A stretch of DNA of 64,000 bases, taken from an uncultured Oscillospiraceae bacterium (GTDB taxonomy: Bacteria; Bacillota; Clostridia; Oscillospirales; Oscillospiraceae). Made by a program: the position numbers and the translations under genes. The DNA is taken from the NCBI GenBank assembly GCA_944385535.1, contig CALWXR010000004.1, positions 1,140 to 65,139 of the forward strand. The letters run 5' to 3'. Position 1 is the stretch's first letter; every line of letters starts with the position of its first letter. The notes under the pieces were generated by a model. It worked only from the letters and a program-made list of their open reading frames with translations, made no database searches and had not been told where the DNA came from. This document shows, piece after piece, positions 1 through 8,579 of the stretch.

Positions 1-308
1 ATACTGGACTTATCACAAATCTGCCGCGAGAGGCTTGCGTTGAAGTTCCCTGCTTTGTAAATTCAAAAGGAATTAATCCCTGCTTTGTAGGCAATTTGCC
101 GGTTCAATGCGCGGCAATGAATATGACAAATATAAATGTTCAGCTGCTAACAGTTGAGGCCGCAAGAACGAAAAAGCTTGTACACATTTATCAAGCTGCT
201 ATGTTAGATCCGCACACTTCCAGCGAGCTGGATATTGATACCATCAAAAAGATGGTAGATGAATTAATAGAAGCTCACGGAGATTATTTGCCCAAATATA
301 GCCAATAA
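1..308 (+). CDS. melA: 3' end (partial) of a family-4 glycoside hydrolase, alpha-galactosidase/alpha-glucosidase MelA-like
   Basis: Frame 3 is open from the window start: TGLITNLPREACVEVPCFV...NINVQLLTVEAA...IYQAAMLDPHTSSEL...MVDELIEAHGDYLPKY, the typical GH4 C-terminus. About 41% GC over 1-300 by hand count. Confidence 0.85.
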   Translation, partial: TGLITNLPREACVEVPCFVNSKGINPCFVGNLPVQCAAMNMTNINVQLLTVEAARTKKLVHIYQAAMLDPHTSSELDIDTIKKMVDELIEAHGDYLPKYSQ

Positions 309-358
309 CAGTCAGCACATCGCTGAAAATTGCAGGTATCTTTTTCGCGCCCACAGCT

Positions 359-400
359 CAAATAAAAATCGCTGCCCGAAAGGATGGCGATTTTTGTTTG
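359..400. terminator. Hairpin, likely bidirectional intrinsic terminator after the GH4 gene
   Basis: CAAATAAAAATCGC(359-372)...GCGATTTTTGTTTG(387-400) inverted repeat with A/T tails. Confidence 0.6.
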
Positions 401-465
401 GTGTAGGTACTGAAAGGACGGACAATCGCCCGCCGTGGCTGTCCCCCGGATCCGCCCATAGAGAA

Positions 466-502
466 ACCGCTCCCTGTGACGCAGGGAGCGGTCGGTTTTT
501 TT
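466..502. terminator. Intrinsic terminator of the surface-protein gene (bidirectional form)
   Basis: ACCGCTCCCTG-tgacg-CAGGGAGCGGT stem, T run on the plus strand, TTTCTCT on the minus strand. Confidence 0.75.
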
Positions 503-511
503 GAAAGAGGC

Positions 512-1675
512 TTATTTGTTGGCAATCTCGCTGGCGCCGTCTTTTTCAATGGTGATCAAAATATCCTTTTCTTCCTCGGCCAGCTCCGTCAATTCCTCCC
601 GGGAGATGGTCACATCCCCAAAGATGGTGGTGATGAGCACCTCCGCCTGGGTATCCTCTTCCAAGGAGGCCAGAACCGAGCCGGGGATGGTGACTTCGAT
701 CCGTTTGGCGCTCCACTTCTTTACAGTGGGGCTGATGCAGATCTGGGTGCTGTCCTCCTCCGCGGCCTGCTCTACGATTTTTTCCCCAATGGCTTCGGTA
801 ATGGCAACATCGGCCACATTGTTGGACAGGTTAACGTTGGGCTCTACGGTGGTGACGCCGTCTAAAGTGGAGATCAGGGCTTTTTCAACCTTGGCGGGCT
901 TGATGGCAGTGAAGGTATAGGTTTTCTTGGTGGTTTTGTCCTCGGCGGTGACGGTGATCTGGAAGGTGTTCTTACCCTCATGAATGGACAGGTCCTCGGG
1001 CAGCTCGATGGAAGCCAGGGCGTCAAAGGACCGGGCGGTGATCTTGGTTTCGGTGATATCCCGATAGGTGATGACCTGGCCGGTATACTCGGTGATGTCC
1101 TTTTGGAAGCGGACGTCCGGAGACACGCCGCGCAGCCACAGGGTAGTCAGATCCGCATTGCTGCTGAATTTATAGCCGCAGGTGCATACCTTGTCCTCGT
1201 CGGCGGCAGGGTCTACATGGGGCTCCTTGTCTTTTGTTTTGCCGCAGGCGCAGGCTTTCCAGTGGTTCAGCCGGTTGTGGGCGCTTTCATAGCTGTGGCT
1301 GTGGGGGACGAAAACCAGGGTGATGGCGTTTTCCCAGTTCTTTTGCCACTGCTCCGTGCCATCGCAGGCTGGGATGGTGAATGTGTTATGGAGTTTGCCG
1401 TCCTTATCCAGGAAGCCGGCGGCTTCGTAGGTTTTGCTGCCCACCTGAACATAGCCGCCCAACAGGTCTTTTTTCAGGGTGACGGCTTTGTCCGCCACTT
1501 CCACGGTTTGACTGCCATAGTACGTGCCGCCGTCGGACAGATCGGTTTTGCTGAAGTATTTGGCGGTGACCGTGATTTCCCCGGTGGGCGCCTCCGCGAA
1601 AGCGGCGGCGGGGAATATCCACAGGGCCGTCATCAGCGCAAGCAGCGTACATAACAATGTTCGGATCTGTTTCAT
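512..1675 (-). CDS. Secreted protein with a Cys/His motif and a cadherin-like beta-sandwich domain
   Basis: RBS AAGGAGG before ATG 1675. Signal peptide MKQIRTLLCTLLALMTALWIFPAAAFA. HWKACACG...CTCGY motif. SNADLTTL...KNTFQITVTAEDKTTKKTYTF matches the cadherin-like beta-sandwich pattern. Confidence 0.75.
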   Translation of the reverse strand: MKQIRTLLCTLLALMTALWIFPAAAFAEAPTGEITVTAKYFSKTDLSDGGTYYGSQTVEVADKAVTLKKDLLGGYVQVGSKTYEAAGFLDKDGKLHNTFTIPACDGTEQWQKNWENAITLVFVPHSHSYESAHNRLNHWKACACGKTKDKEPHVDPAADEDKVCTCGYKFSSNADLTTLWLRGVSPDVRFQKDITEYTGQVITYRDITETKITARSFDALASIELPEDLSIHEGKNTFQITVTAEDKTTKKTYTFTAIKPAKVEKALISTLDGVTTVEPNVNLSNNVADVAITEAIGEKIVEQAAEEDSTQICISPTVKKWSAKRIEVTIPGSVLASLEEDTQAEVLITTIFGDVTISREELTELAEEEKDILITIEKDGASEIANK

Positions 1676-1786
1676 TGCCAATTCCTCCTTGAGATCCAAA
1701 TGGTGATAATTCATAGGGCTGTGAAATGGGCCGGATGAATTGTGCGCGATTTCTCTCGACTCCGGAGAGGGTACCTTCACACTGTT

Positions 1787-1815
1787 ATCGTATACCATTG
1801 CTGTGTCGAAATCAA
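1787..1815 (-). promoter_or_regulatory. Putative sigma-A promoter for the surface-protein gene
   Basis: TTGATT-17 nt-TACGAT on the minus strand. Confidence 0.45.
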
Positions 1816-1840
1816 TTTAAATAATGTTTAAGGGAGTCTG

Positions 1841-1877
1841 AAAAAATGCCTGCCAACCTTAAGGCTGACAGGCATTT
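1841..1877 (-). terminator. Intrinsic terminator after ileS
   Basis: Minus strand AAATGCCTGTCAGCC-ttaa-GGTTGGCAGGCATTT followed by a T run. Confidence 0.8.
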
Positions 1878-1920
1878 CGTTTGAATTTATTAAAAGGGCA
1901 ACGCCGTAAAGCGGTGGTTA

Positions 1921-4713
1921 TTAGATCTCCACTTCCATTTTGGCGATGACAGCGGCGCACCGGGGGCACAGGCCGTTTTCGTCGGCCTGAAGGCTGTGCA
2001 TCCAGCAGCGGGGGCACTTGGTTCCCTTGGCTTCGCTGACGCCGATGGTCAGCTGGGGCAGATTGTCGCCCTGGGCAACCTCCGCGCCGTCTTCCGGCTG
2101 GGCCCAGTCGCAGGCGGAGACAATGCACACTTCCGCCAGATGAATGCCACGGCAGGCATCCAGAATGGTGGCATCGTTGGTTGCCAGGGTCACGCGGGCC
2201 TCCAGAGCCTTGCCGATCCGCTTGTCGGCACGGGCCTTTTCCAGCACGCCGTTCACGTCCTGGCGAAGCTTCATGATCAGCGCCCACTTTTCCATGGCGG
2301 CTTCATCCAGAGCGTAGGAAGCAAAGCCTTCGGGCATCTGGTTGAGCAGGATGTTCCGGCTGTCGTCCCCGTCCCGGTGGGGCATGGACTGCCAGATTTC
2401 ATCACAGGTGAAGGCCAGGATGGGAGCGAACAGCTTTGCCATGGCGTCCAGGATCAGATACAGGGCGCTCTGAGCGGAGCGGCGGCGCAGGCCGTTCTTC
2501 TCCTCGCAGTACAGCCGGTCCTTGATGATGTCCAGATAGAAGCTGGACAGCTCCACCACGCAGAAGTCGTTGATGGCGTGGGACACCACATGGAACTCGT
2601 AATTGTCATAGGCCTGGCGGCACTCCTTCACCAGGGCGTCCAGCTTGGTCAGAGCCCAGCGGTCCAGTTCCTCCATCTGCTCCGGGGAGACCAGGTGATT
2701 GGGATCAAACTGGTTCAGGTTGCCCAGGCAGTACCGGGCGGTGTTGCGGAACTTCAGGTAGTTCTGGCTCAGCTGCTTGAAGATCTCCTTGGAGCAGCGC
2801 ACATCCGCATGGTAATCGGCGGAACCGGCCCACAGCCGCAGGATATCCGCCCCGTATTCCTTAATGAGATCCGCGGGATCGATGCCGTTGCCCAGGGACT
2901 TGTGCATGGCCCGGCCCTGGCCGTCCACGGTCCAGCCGTGGGTCAGCACCTGGCGGAAGGGCGCGCCGTTGCCCAGAGCGCCTACGGAGGTCAGCAGGCT
3001 GGACTGGAACCAGCCACGGTACTGGTCGGCGCCTTCCAGGTACACGTCCGCGGGCCACAGCTCCGGGGTGTCTTTCATCAGAGAGGCGTAGTGGGTGGAG
3101 CCGGAGTCGAACCAGCCGTCCAGGGTGTCGGTCTCCTTCTCGAAGCCGGTGCTTCCGCCGCAGTGGGGACAGGTCAGACCCTGGGGGATCAGGTCGGCGG
3201 CGTCCTTTTCAAACCAGATATTGGAGCCGTACTGGTCAAAGAGCTGGGAAATATGCTCGATGGTTTCCGGCGTGCACACAGGCTTGCCGCAGTCTTTGCA
3301 GTAGAACACGGGGATGGGCAGACCCCAGCGGCGCTGACGGGAGATGCACCAGTCGGCCCGCTCCCGGATCATGCTTACCATCCGATCGCCGCCCCAGGCG
3401 GGCAGCCACCGTACATCCTCACAGGCGGCGGCAGCCTCGTCCTTGAAGGCGTCCACAGAGCAGAACCACTGGGGGGTAGCCCGGAAGATGATGGGGTTCT
3501 TGCACCGCCAGCAGTGGGGATAGGAGTGGGTGATCTCTTCCGAGGCGAAAAGCATGCCGCTTTCCTTCATATCCGCCAGGATGATGGGGTTGGATTCCTC
3601 GGTTTTCAGACCGGCGTACTTACCGGCGTACTCGGTGTGGCGGCCCTGGTCATTGACGGGAACCACCAAATCCATGCCGTAACGCATGCAGGTCTGGTAG
3701 TCGTCGGCGCCGAAGCCCGGGGCGGTGTGGACGCAGCCGGTACCGGAGTCCATGGTGACGTACTCCGCCAGCACCAGCCGGGAGGTCTTGGGGAGGAAGG
3801 GGTGCTGAGCCAGCATGTTCTCAAAGAAGGCGCCGGGGTAGGTGGCCAGCACTTCGTAATTTTCAAAGCCGCCTACGGCCATGACCTTTTCCATCAGAGC
3901 CTGGGCCATGATATAGGTCTCGCCGTTTTCCGCCTTCACCAGCACATAGCTGTCCCGGGGATGGAGGCAGATGCCCATGTTGCCGGGCAGGGTCCAGATG
4001 GTGGTGGTCCAAATGACAAAGTAGGTTTTGCTTAAGTCAAACTGGGAAAGCTTGCCCAGGTCATCGCACAGGGGGAACTTAACGTACACAGAGGTGCAGG
4101 GATCCTCCTGATACTCGATCTCCGCTTCCGCCAGGGCAGTCTCGTCCTTGGGGCACCAGTACACCGGCTTCAGGCCCTTGTAGATGTAGCCCTTTTCATA
4201 CATCTTGCCAAAGACCTTGACCTCCTGGGCCTCAAAGTGTTTATCCATGGTCCGGTAGGGGTGTTCCCAGTCGCCCACCACGCCCAGCCGCTGAAAGCCT
4301 TCCATCTGCCGCTGAATATAGTTTTCGGCAAAGGCTTCGCAGGCGGAGCGGAACTCGGGCACGGGCATGGTCTTGTGGTTCAGCTTGCTTTTTTTGATGA
4401 TGGCGGACTCAATGGGCATGCCGTGATTGTCCCAGCCGGGGACGTAGGGGGTGTAGCAGCCCATCATGGCGTGGCTGCGGACGATGAAGTCTTTCAGGGT
4501 CTTGTTCAAAGCGTGGCCCATGTGGATGTCGCCGTTGGAGAAGGGAGGGCCGTCGTGGAGAACGAACCGGGGGAGATCCTTGTTCTTTTCCAGCATGGCG
4601 TTGTACAGATCCTGCTCTTCCCAGCGCTTCAGCATACCCGGCTCCCGGGCGGGCAGACCGGCCTTCATGGGGAAGTCGGTTTTTGGGGTGATGATGGTGT
4701 TTTTGTATTCCAT
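1921..4713 (-). CDS. ileS: Isoleucine--tRNA ligase (type 1)
   Basis: LHDGPPFSNGDIHMGH (HIGH motif), WTTTIWTLPGN, WCISRQRRWG, AMHKS at the KMSKS position, C-terminal CPRC...CPRC zinc finger. Start placed at ATG 4713 behind GGAGG. Confidence 0.98.
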   Translation of the reverse strand: MEYKNTIITPKTDFPMKAGLPAREPGMLKRWEEQDLYNAMLEKNKDLPRFVLHDGPPFSNGDIHMGHALNKTLKDFIVRSHAMMGCYTPYVPGWDNHGMPIESAIIKKSKLNHKTMPVPEFRSACEAFAENYIQRQMEGFQRLGVVGDWEHPYRTMDKHFEAQEVKVFGKMYEKGYIYKGLKPVYWCPKDETALAEAEIEYQEDPCTSVYVKFPLCDDLGKLSQFDLSKTYFVIWTTTIWTLPGNMGICLHPRDSYVLVKAENGETYIMAQALMEKVMAVGGFENYEVLATYPGAFFENMLAQHPFLPKTSRLVLAEYVTMDSGTGCVHTAPGFGADDYQTCMRYGMDLVVPVNDQGRHTEYAGKYAGLKTEESNPIILADMKESGMLFASEEITHSYPHCWRCKNPIIFRATPQWFCSVDAFKDEAAAACEDVRWLPAWGGDRMVSMIRERADWCISRQRRWGLPIPVFYCKDCGKPVCTPETIEHISQLFDQYGSNIWFEKDAADLIPQGLTCPHCGGSTGFEKETDTLDGWFDSGSTHYASLMKDTPELWPADVYLEGADQYRGWFQSSLLTSVGALGNGAPFRQVLTHGWTVDGQGRAMHKSLGNGIDPADLIKEYGADILRLWAGSADYHADVRCSKEIFKQLSQNYLKFRNTARYCLGNLNQFDPNHLVSPEQMEELDRWALTKLDALVKECRQAYDNYEFHVVSHAINDFCVVELSSFYLDIIKDRLYCEEKNGLRRRSAQSALYLILDAMAKLFAPILAFTCDEIWQSMPHRDGDDSRNILLNQMPEGFASYALDEAAMEKWALIMKLRQDVNGVLEKARADKRIGKALEARVTLATNDATILDACRGIHLAEVCIVSACDWAQPEDGAEVAQGDNLPQLTIGVSEAKGTKCPRCWMHSLQADENGLCPRCAAVIAKMEVEI

Positions 4714-4749
4714 GGGAATCAATGCCTCCATTTGTGTAATCGGATTGGA

Positions 4750-4995
4750 TAAAAGGAAAGCGCCTTTGTCTCCATAAGAGACAAAGGCGCGTAAACCTCT
4801 GCGGTACCACTCTTGTTCCGGCTTTGTACCGGCACTCGTCGGCGCGATATCGGGCGCTCACCCGGCGCGGCCTACTTACCCAGGGCGTTCGGCGCGCTGC
4901 TCGGAGGGGATACGAACCTCTTTCCGCTTGCTGCCTTGCACCAAACCGGCAGCTCTCTGGAAGCGGGGGAAGGGGACGCCTGTCCTCGTCATAGC
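4750..4995 (-). promoter_or_regulatory. Ile-specific T-box riboswitch
   Basis: Minus strand: AGAGA and GGTGCAA stem-I motifs, specifier AUC (Ile) at 4911-4909, T-box AAGAGTGGTACCGC (4814-4801), terminator GCGCCTTTGTCTC-ttatg-GAGACAAAGGCGC (4760-4790) plus T run, directly upstream of ileS. Confidence 0.93.
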
Positions 4996-5013
4996 GTGAA
5001 AATATAAATGATC

Positions 5014-5718
5014 TTACTTGTGAAGCGGATCATAGTTCCGGCCGAACTGCAGGTTCAGGCTGGCGAATTTGCTGGTGGTGGAGTCGTTGGCGGTGGGGTG
5101 TTTGGGCGGGGCCTTGGGGGCGGTATCCACGGTGGAGCCAACGATGGCTTCGATGTTCTGAGAGATCTCCTCGGCCACGTCATCGCTGCTGACAGCGGGT
5201 GCGGCGGGGGCGGCAGGCGCTGCAGGCGCGGCGGGGGCGTTGGCGCCCTTGATCCGCTCCAGAGCGTTGATGCAGGAACGCATCTGCTCCTGGATCTCGT
5301 TGATGCGCGCCGCGGCGGTTCTCCGGGCTTCCTCTACCCGGGCGTTTTCAGCGGCGATCAGGGCGTCGTTTTCCCGGGTGTTCACTGCGGGAGCGGGGGC
5401 AGCCACAGCGGCATTGGCGGCAGCGGCGTTGGCATTGGCCAGTAGCTGAGCGGCCTTGGCTTCCGCCTCCCGAACCATCTTTTCGCTGGTTCTCTGGGCG
5501 TTGGCTACGGCTTCCTTCATGGCGGCCTCATTCTTGCGGTACTCTTCCAGCTTTCCTACCAGAACCCGCATCTTGCTCTTCAGCAGAGCGTTTTCCTTGT
5601 AAAGCGTAACATAATCTTCCGTCAAAGGCTCCAGAAACTCATCGACTTGCTGCATATCGTAGCCGCCGAAAGTTGCCCGACTGAAAGATATCTGATCGAT
5701 TTGCTGCGGTGTAAACAT
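5014..5718 (-). CDS. divIVA: DivIVA-domain cell division protein
   Basis: MFTPQQIDQISFSRATFGGYDMQQVDEFLE N-terminus, coiled coil, Ala/Pro-rich linkers. Lies between sepF and ileS. Start moved to ATG 5718 (RBS GGAAGGGG). Confidence 0.88.
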   Translation of the reverse strand: MFTPQQIDQISFSRATFGGYDMQQVDEFLEPLTEDYVTLYKENALLKSKMRVLVGKLEEYRKNEAAMKEAVANAQRTSEKMVREAEAKAAQLLANANAAAANAAVAAPAPAVNTRENDALIAAENARVEEARRTAAARINEIQEQMRSCINALERIKGANAPAAPAAPAAPAAPAVSSDDVAEEISQNIEAIVGSTVDTAPKAPPKHPTANDSTTSKFASLNLQFGRNYDPLHK

Positions 5719-5882
5719 GATGATGTTCCCCTTCCTGGAATAGTGTAATCTATCAAAAGCGCTTACGGATCCGCCGGGCAATGGCTTGTCGGAAGGGTCC
5801 GTAAGAATTTTAACCGGTTATAGGGCTTCTGTTAAAAAATGGAATCCACGTAAAAATTCTGCTGTTTTGCTGGGGAAAGGCA

Positions 5883-6452
5883 TTAAATGTAGCTTTCTAC
5901 CTCTGCCTGGAGGGTTTCCAGGTCGCCCACAATGTCTACGTTGTGGGGACAGAACAGATACGCAGACTGGGCGATCTTCTTTACGTCTCCATCCAGGGCG
6001 TATACACAGCCGGAGAGGAAGTCTACCACCCGGCGGGCCATGGCCTTGTCCACATTTTCCATATTGACAATGACGGCCTTCCGGTTGCGAAGATCATCGG
6101 CGGCCTTAGAGGTATCGTTAAAGCTGCCGGGACGGAACAGGACCACTTCCTGCTTGTTGGAAGAGTTCATGTTCAGAACCTGGCCGTTGAAGCCTGTAGC
6201 AGGTGCGGAAGAAACGCCGGAGGTGGTCAGAGGGCCAAAGCCGAAGCCGGAGTCGCCGCTGTCCTCGTCCTCCTCCTCGTCCATCACAGGAGCGGGAGCG
6301 GGCGCGCGGCGGGGGGCGCTGCGGCGGGGAGCGGGCTTTTCAGCGGGCTCTTCATAATCATCATCGAGGTAGTAATCATCCTCGTCATAATCATCATAAT
6401 CATCGTCAGAATAGGGTTGGGCAAATTTCTTTACACTATCCCAAATACTCAT
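5883..6452 (-). CDS. sepF: Cell division protein SepF
   Basis: Acidic N-terminal linker, then ADDLRNRKAVIVNMENVDKAMARRVVDFLSGCVYALDGDVKKIA. Confidence 0.93.
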   Translation of the reverse strand: MSIWDSVKKFAQPYSDDDYDDYDEDDYYLDDDYEEPAEKPAPRRSAPRRAPAPAPVMDEEEDEDSGDSGFGFGPLTTSGVSSAPATGFNGQVLNMNSSNKQEVVLFRPGSFNDTSKAADDLRNRKAVIVNMENVDKAMARRVVDFLSGCVYALDGDVKKIAQSAYLFCPHNVDIVGDLETLQAEVESYI

Positions 6453-6491
6453 TCTCTGTATCCTCCTAAATGTATCCTTACATCATATTTA

Positions 6492-7193
6492 TCAGGCTTT
6501 GACAGAATTGCGGACGCCGAAAATTCCGGTACCCACACGAATCATGGTGCTGCCGGAAGCGATCGCATCCGCAAAATCACCGGACATGCCCATAGATAAA
6601 CAGTCCACCTTGACATTATCGTATTTTTTTCCCGTTATGTCAACACTTATTTGGAACAATTTTTGAAAATAATTCAGATTTTCTCCCGAATTATGCGAAA
6701 TTGGGGGGATTGCCATCAGTCCTTTAATACATATGTTTGAAAATTGCCCTGCTTTTTCCACCATGGGAAGGATATCCCCGGCGGCAAAACCGGACTTGCT
6801 GGCCTCTTCACCGATGTTTACTTCCAGCAGAATGTCCTGCACGATGCCCTGCCGGGCGGCTTCTTTATCAATGGCCTGGAGCAGACGCAGGGAATCCACG
6901 CTTTGGATCAGATCCACCTTGCCTACCACCTGCCTGACTTTGTTGGTCTGCAAATGGCCGATAAAATGTACAGGCGCTCCCGCGTAGGCGTTTTGGGCAA
7001 GCTTGGCGGTCAGCTCCTGGACTCTGTTTTCGCCGCAGCAGTCCACGCCGGCGGCAATGGCCTGGCGGACGGCGTCGGCGTCGTTCATTTTGGTGGCGGC
7101 GCACAGCGCGATGGATTTCGGATCCCGTCCGCAGGCGATGGCCGCCTGCGCCATTTGTTCGCGGATCCGGGCTACATTTTCGGCAATACCCAT
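6492..7193 (-). CDS. yggS: YggS/PipY family PLP homeostasis protein
   Basis: ATK, GENRVQE, HFIGHLQTNKV, LSMGMSGDF, MIRVGTGIFG motifs. Confidence 0.95.
   Translation of the reverse strand: MGIAENVARIREQMAQAAIACGRDPKSIALCAATKMNDADAVRQAIAAGVDCCGENRVQELTAKLAQNAYAGAPVHFIGHLQTNKVRQVVGKVDLIQSVDSLRLLQAIDKEAARQGIVQDILLEVNIGEEASKSGFAAGDILPMVEKAGQFSNICIKGLMAIPPISHNSGENLNYFQKLFQISVDITGKKYDNVKVDCLSMGMSGDFADAIASGSTMIRVGTGIFGVRNSVKA
6615..6643 (-). promoter_or_regulatory. Putative internal promoter inside yggS pointing to sepF-divIVA
   Basis: TTGACA-17 nt-GATAAT in a locally AT-rich stretch. Confidence 0.5.
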
Positions 7194-7243
7194 GGTAAAG
7201 GCCTCTCTTTCTGAAAATTATAAGTCAACGAATATGGCGCATA

Positions 7244-7334
7244 AAAACCGGAGCACTTCCCTAGGATGTGTTCCGCTTTTTACGGGCCATACAGCAGAGA
7301 AAAGGGCGGCGGAAAAAGCTCCGTCGCCCTTTTG
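7244..7334 (-). terminator. Two tandem hairpin terminators after hfq
   Basis: AAAAGGGCG..CGGA-aaaagc-TCCG..CGCCCTTTT (7300-7334) and, on the minus strand, AAAAGCGGAACAC..GTGCTCCGGTTTTT (7247-7280). Confidence 0.6.
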
Positions 7335-7337
7335 CGT

Positions 7338-7568
7338 TTACGCAGTTGTTGCTGCGGCTTTCAGCGGCTTCATTGGGGCAAGGGTGGAGATGGCATGCTT
7401 GTAGATCATTTGCTGCTTGCCGTCGGACACCAATACCACCACGAAGCTGTCAAAGCCGGTGATGATCCCCCGGAGCTGGAAGCCGTTCATAAGAAACAAG
7501 GTCACGGGCACCTTGTCCCGGCGAACCTCCTTTAAAATGGCTTCCTGTAAATTTACTGCTTCAGACAT
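7338..7568 (-). CDS. hfq: RNA chaperone Hfq
   Basis: NLQEAIL...[23 protein letters not shown]...[21 protein letters not shown] before ATG 7568. Follows miaA. Confidence 0.96.
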   Translation of the reverse strand: MSEAVNLQEAILKEVRRDKVPVTLFLMNGFQLRGIITGFDSFVVVLVSDGKQQMIYKHAISTLAPMKPLKAAATTA

Positions 7569-7620
7569 ATGTACTCCTTCTTTCTTGTTTTGTTGAATGG
7601 TACACACATCCTAGCAGATT

Positions 7621-8556
7621 TCAGTTGTCAATTTCCCGCAAATGCTGTCGGGCGCGGATGAGAATTTCCTTCCCCTCATCCCCCGGCTCCCGGATGAGCC
7701 AGTGGATCCGTTTGTTCCTGCGGAACCAGGTCAGCTGGCGCTTGGCATAGTGGCGGGAGGCCTTTTTCACTTCCTCCGCGGCCTCCTCTATGGTACACCG
7801 CCCTTCCAAAGCGGCAACGAATTCCTTGTAGCCGATGGCCTGCATGGCGGTGCATTTTTCCGGGATTCCGCTGCTCAGCAGGGAGCGGATCTCTTCCAAC
7901 AGGCCTTGGGCAAGCATCCTGTCCACCCGCGTGTCAATGCGGCGATACAGTTCCTCCCGGGAGGCAAAGTCCAGACCCAGCCACAGGGGGCGGTATCTGG
8001 GGGGGATCTGCCTGGTCTTTAAATTGTGAGCGGTGATGGTTTCTCCGGTTTCCAGGTACACCTCCAGGGCCCGGAGGATCCGCTTCCGATCGGCCAGGTG
8101 GAGCCGTTGGGCGGACTCCGGATCCACATCCCCCAGCCAAGCAAGCATGTGCTCCATGCCCTCCAGGTCTGCCTGGGCCTCCAATCGTTCCCGCACCCCG
8201 GTGGAGGGGAAGGGGGCGAAGGCGTTGCCCTGGATGAGGGAATCCATATAAAGTCCGGTGCCGCCTGCGATGATGGCGGTTTTTCCCCGGGCGACAATGT
8301 CGTCCACAATGGGTGCGGCCAGGGAGCAATACCGGCTGACCGAGAAATCCTCCATAGGCTGGGCCACGTCCAGCATGTGGTGGACGATGCCCTGACGCTC
8401 TTCCAATGTGGGCTTGGCGGTGCCGATGTCCATGCCCTTGTATATCTGCATGGAATCGCAGGAGACGACCTCTCCGTTAAGTTCTTTGGCCAGCTCCACG
8501 GCCAGGGCGGTTTTTCCCGAGGCGGTAGGTCCGGCAATGCAGATGATGTTGTTCAT
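7621..8556 (-). CDS. miaA: tRNA dimethylallyltransferase
   Basis: GPTASGKT, DSMQIYKGMDIGTAKP, GGTGLY, QAIGYKE, YAKRQLTWFR. Confidence 0.97.
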   Translation of the reverse strand: MNNIICIAGPTASGKTALAVELAKELNGEVVSCDSMQIYKGMDIGTAKPTLEERQGIVHHMLDVAQPMEDFSVSRYCSLAAPIVDDIVARGKTAIIAGGTGLYMDSLIQGNAFAPFPSTGVRERLEAQADLEGMEHMLAWLGDVDPESAQRLHLADRKRILRALEVYLETGETITAHNLKTRQIPPRYRPLWLGLDFASREELYRRIDTRVDRMLAQGLLEEIRSLLSSGIPEKCTAMQAIGYKEFVAALEGRCTIEEAAEEVKKASRHYAKRQLTWFRRNKRIHWLIREPGDEGKEILIRARQHLREIDN

Positions 8557-8579
8557 AGGGCCTCCTTTTCAACAGAAGC

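Noticed and set aside
48-90. 12-bp direct repeat CCCTGCTTTGTA in the GH4 fragment
   Set aside because: Encodes the two PCFV-like strands normal in GH4 C-termini; too short to indicate mobility.
400-462. Possible tRNA or tmRNA gene ending in ACCA
   Set aside because: No T-loop consensus, no cloverleaf and too short. Kept only as a possible relic in the findings.
1676-1798. 41-codon N-terminal extension in the ORF track and a c-di-GMP-II riboswitch call
   Set aside because: A strong RBS and signal peptide place the start at 1675; key riboswitch elements are missing.
5190-5450. Ala/Pro-rich GC repeats in divIVA and the duplicated QEPLPP in the MutL linker (about 9190-9285)
   Set aside because: Ordinary low-complexity linkers within proteins.
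5719-5882. Absence of ylmG/yggT and ylmH between sepF and divIVA
   Set aside because: Loss of these genes is common in clostridial lineages, and the 164-nt gap shows no pseudogene trace I can support.
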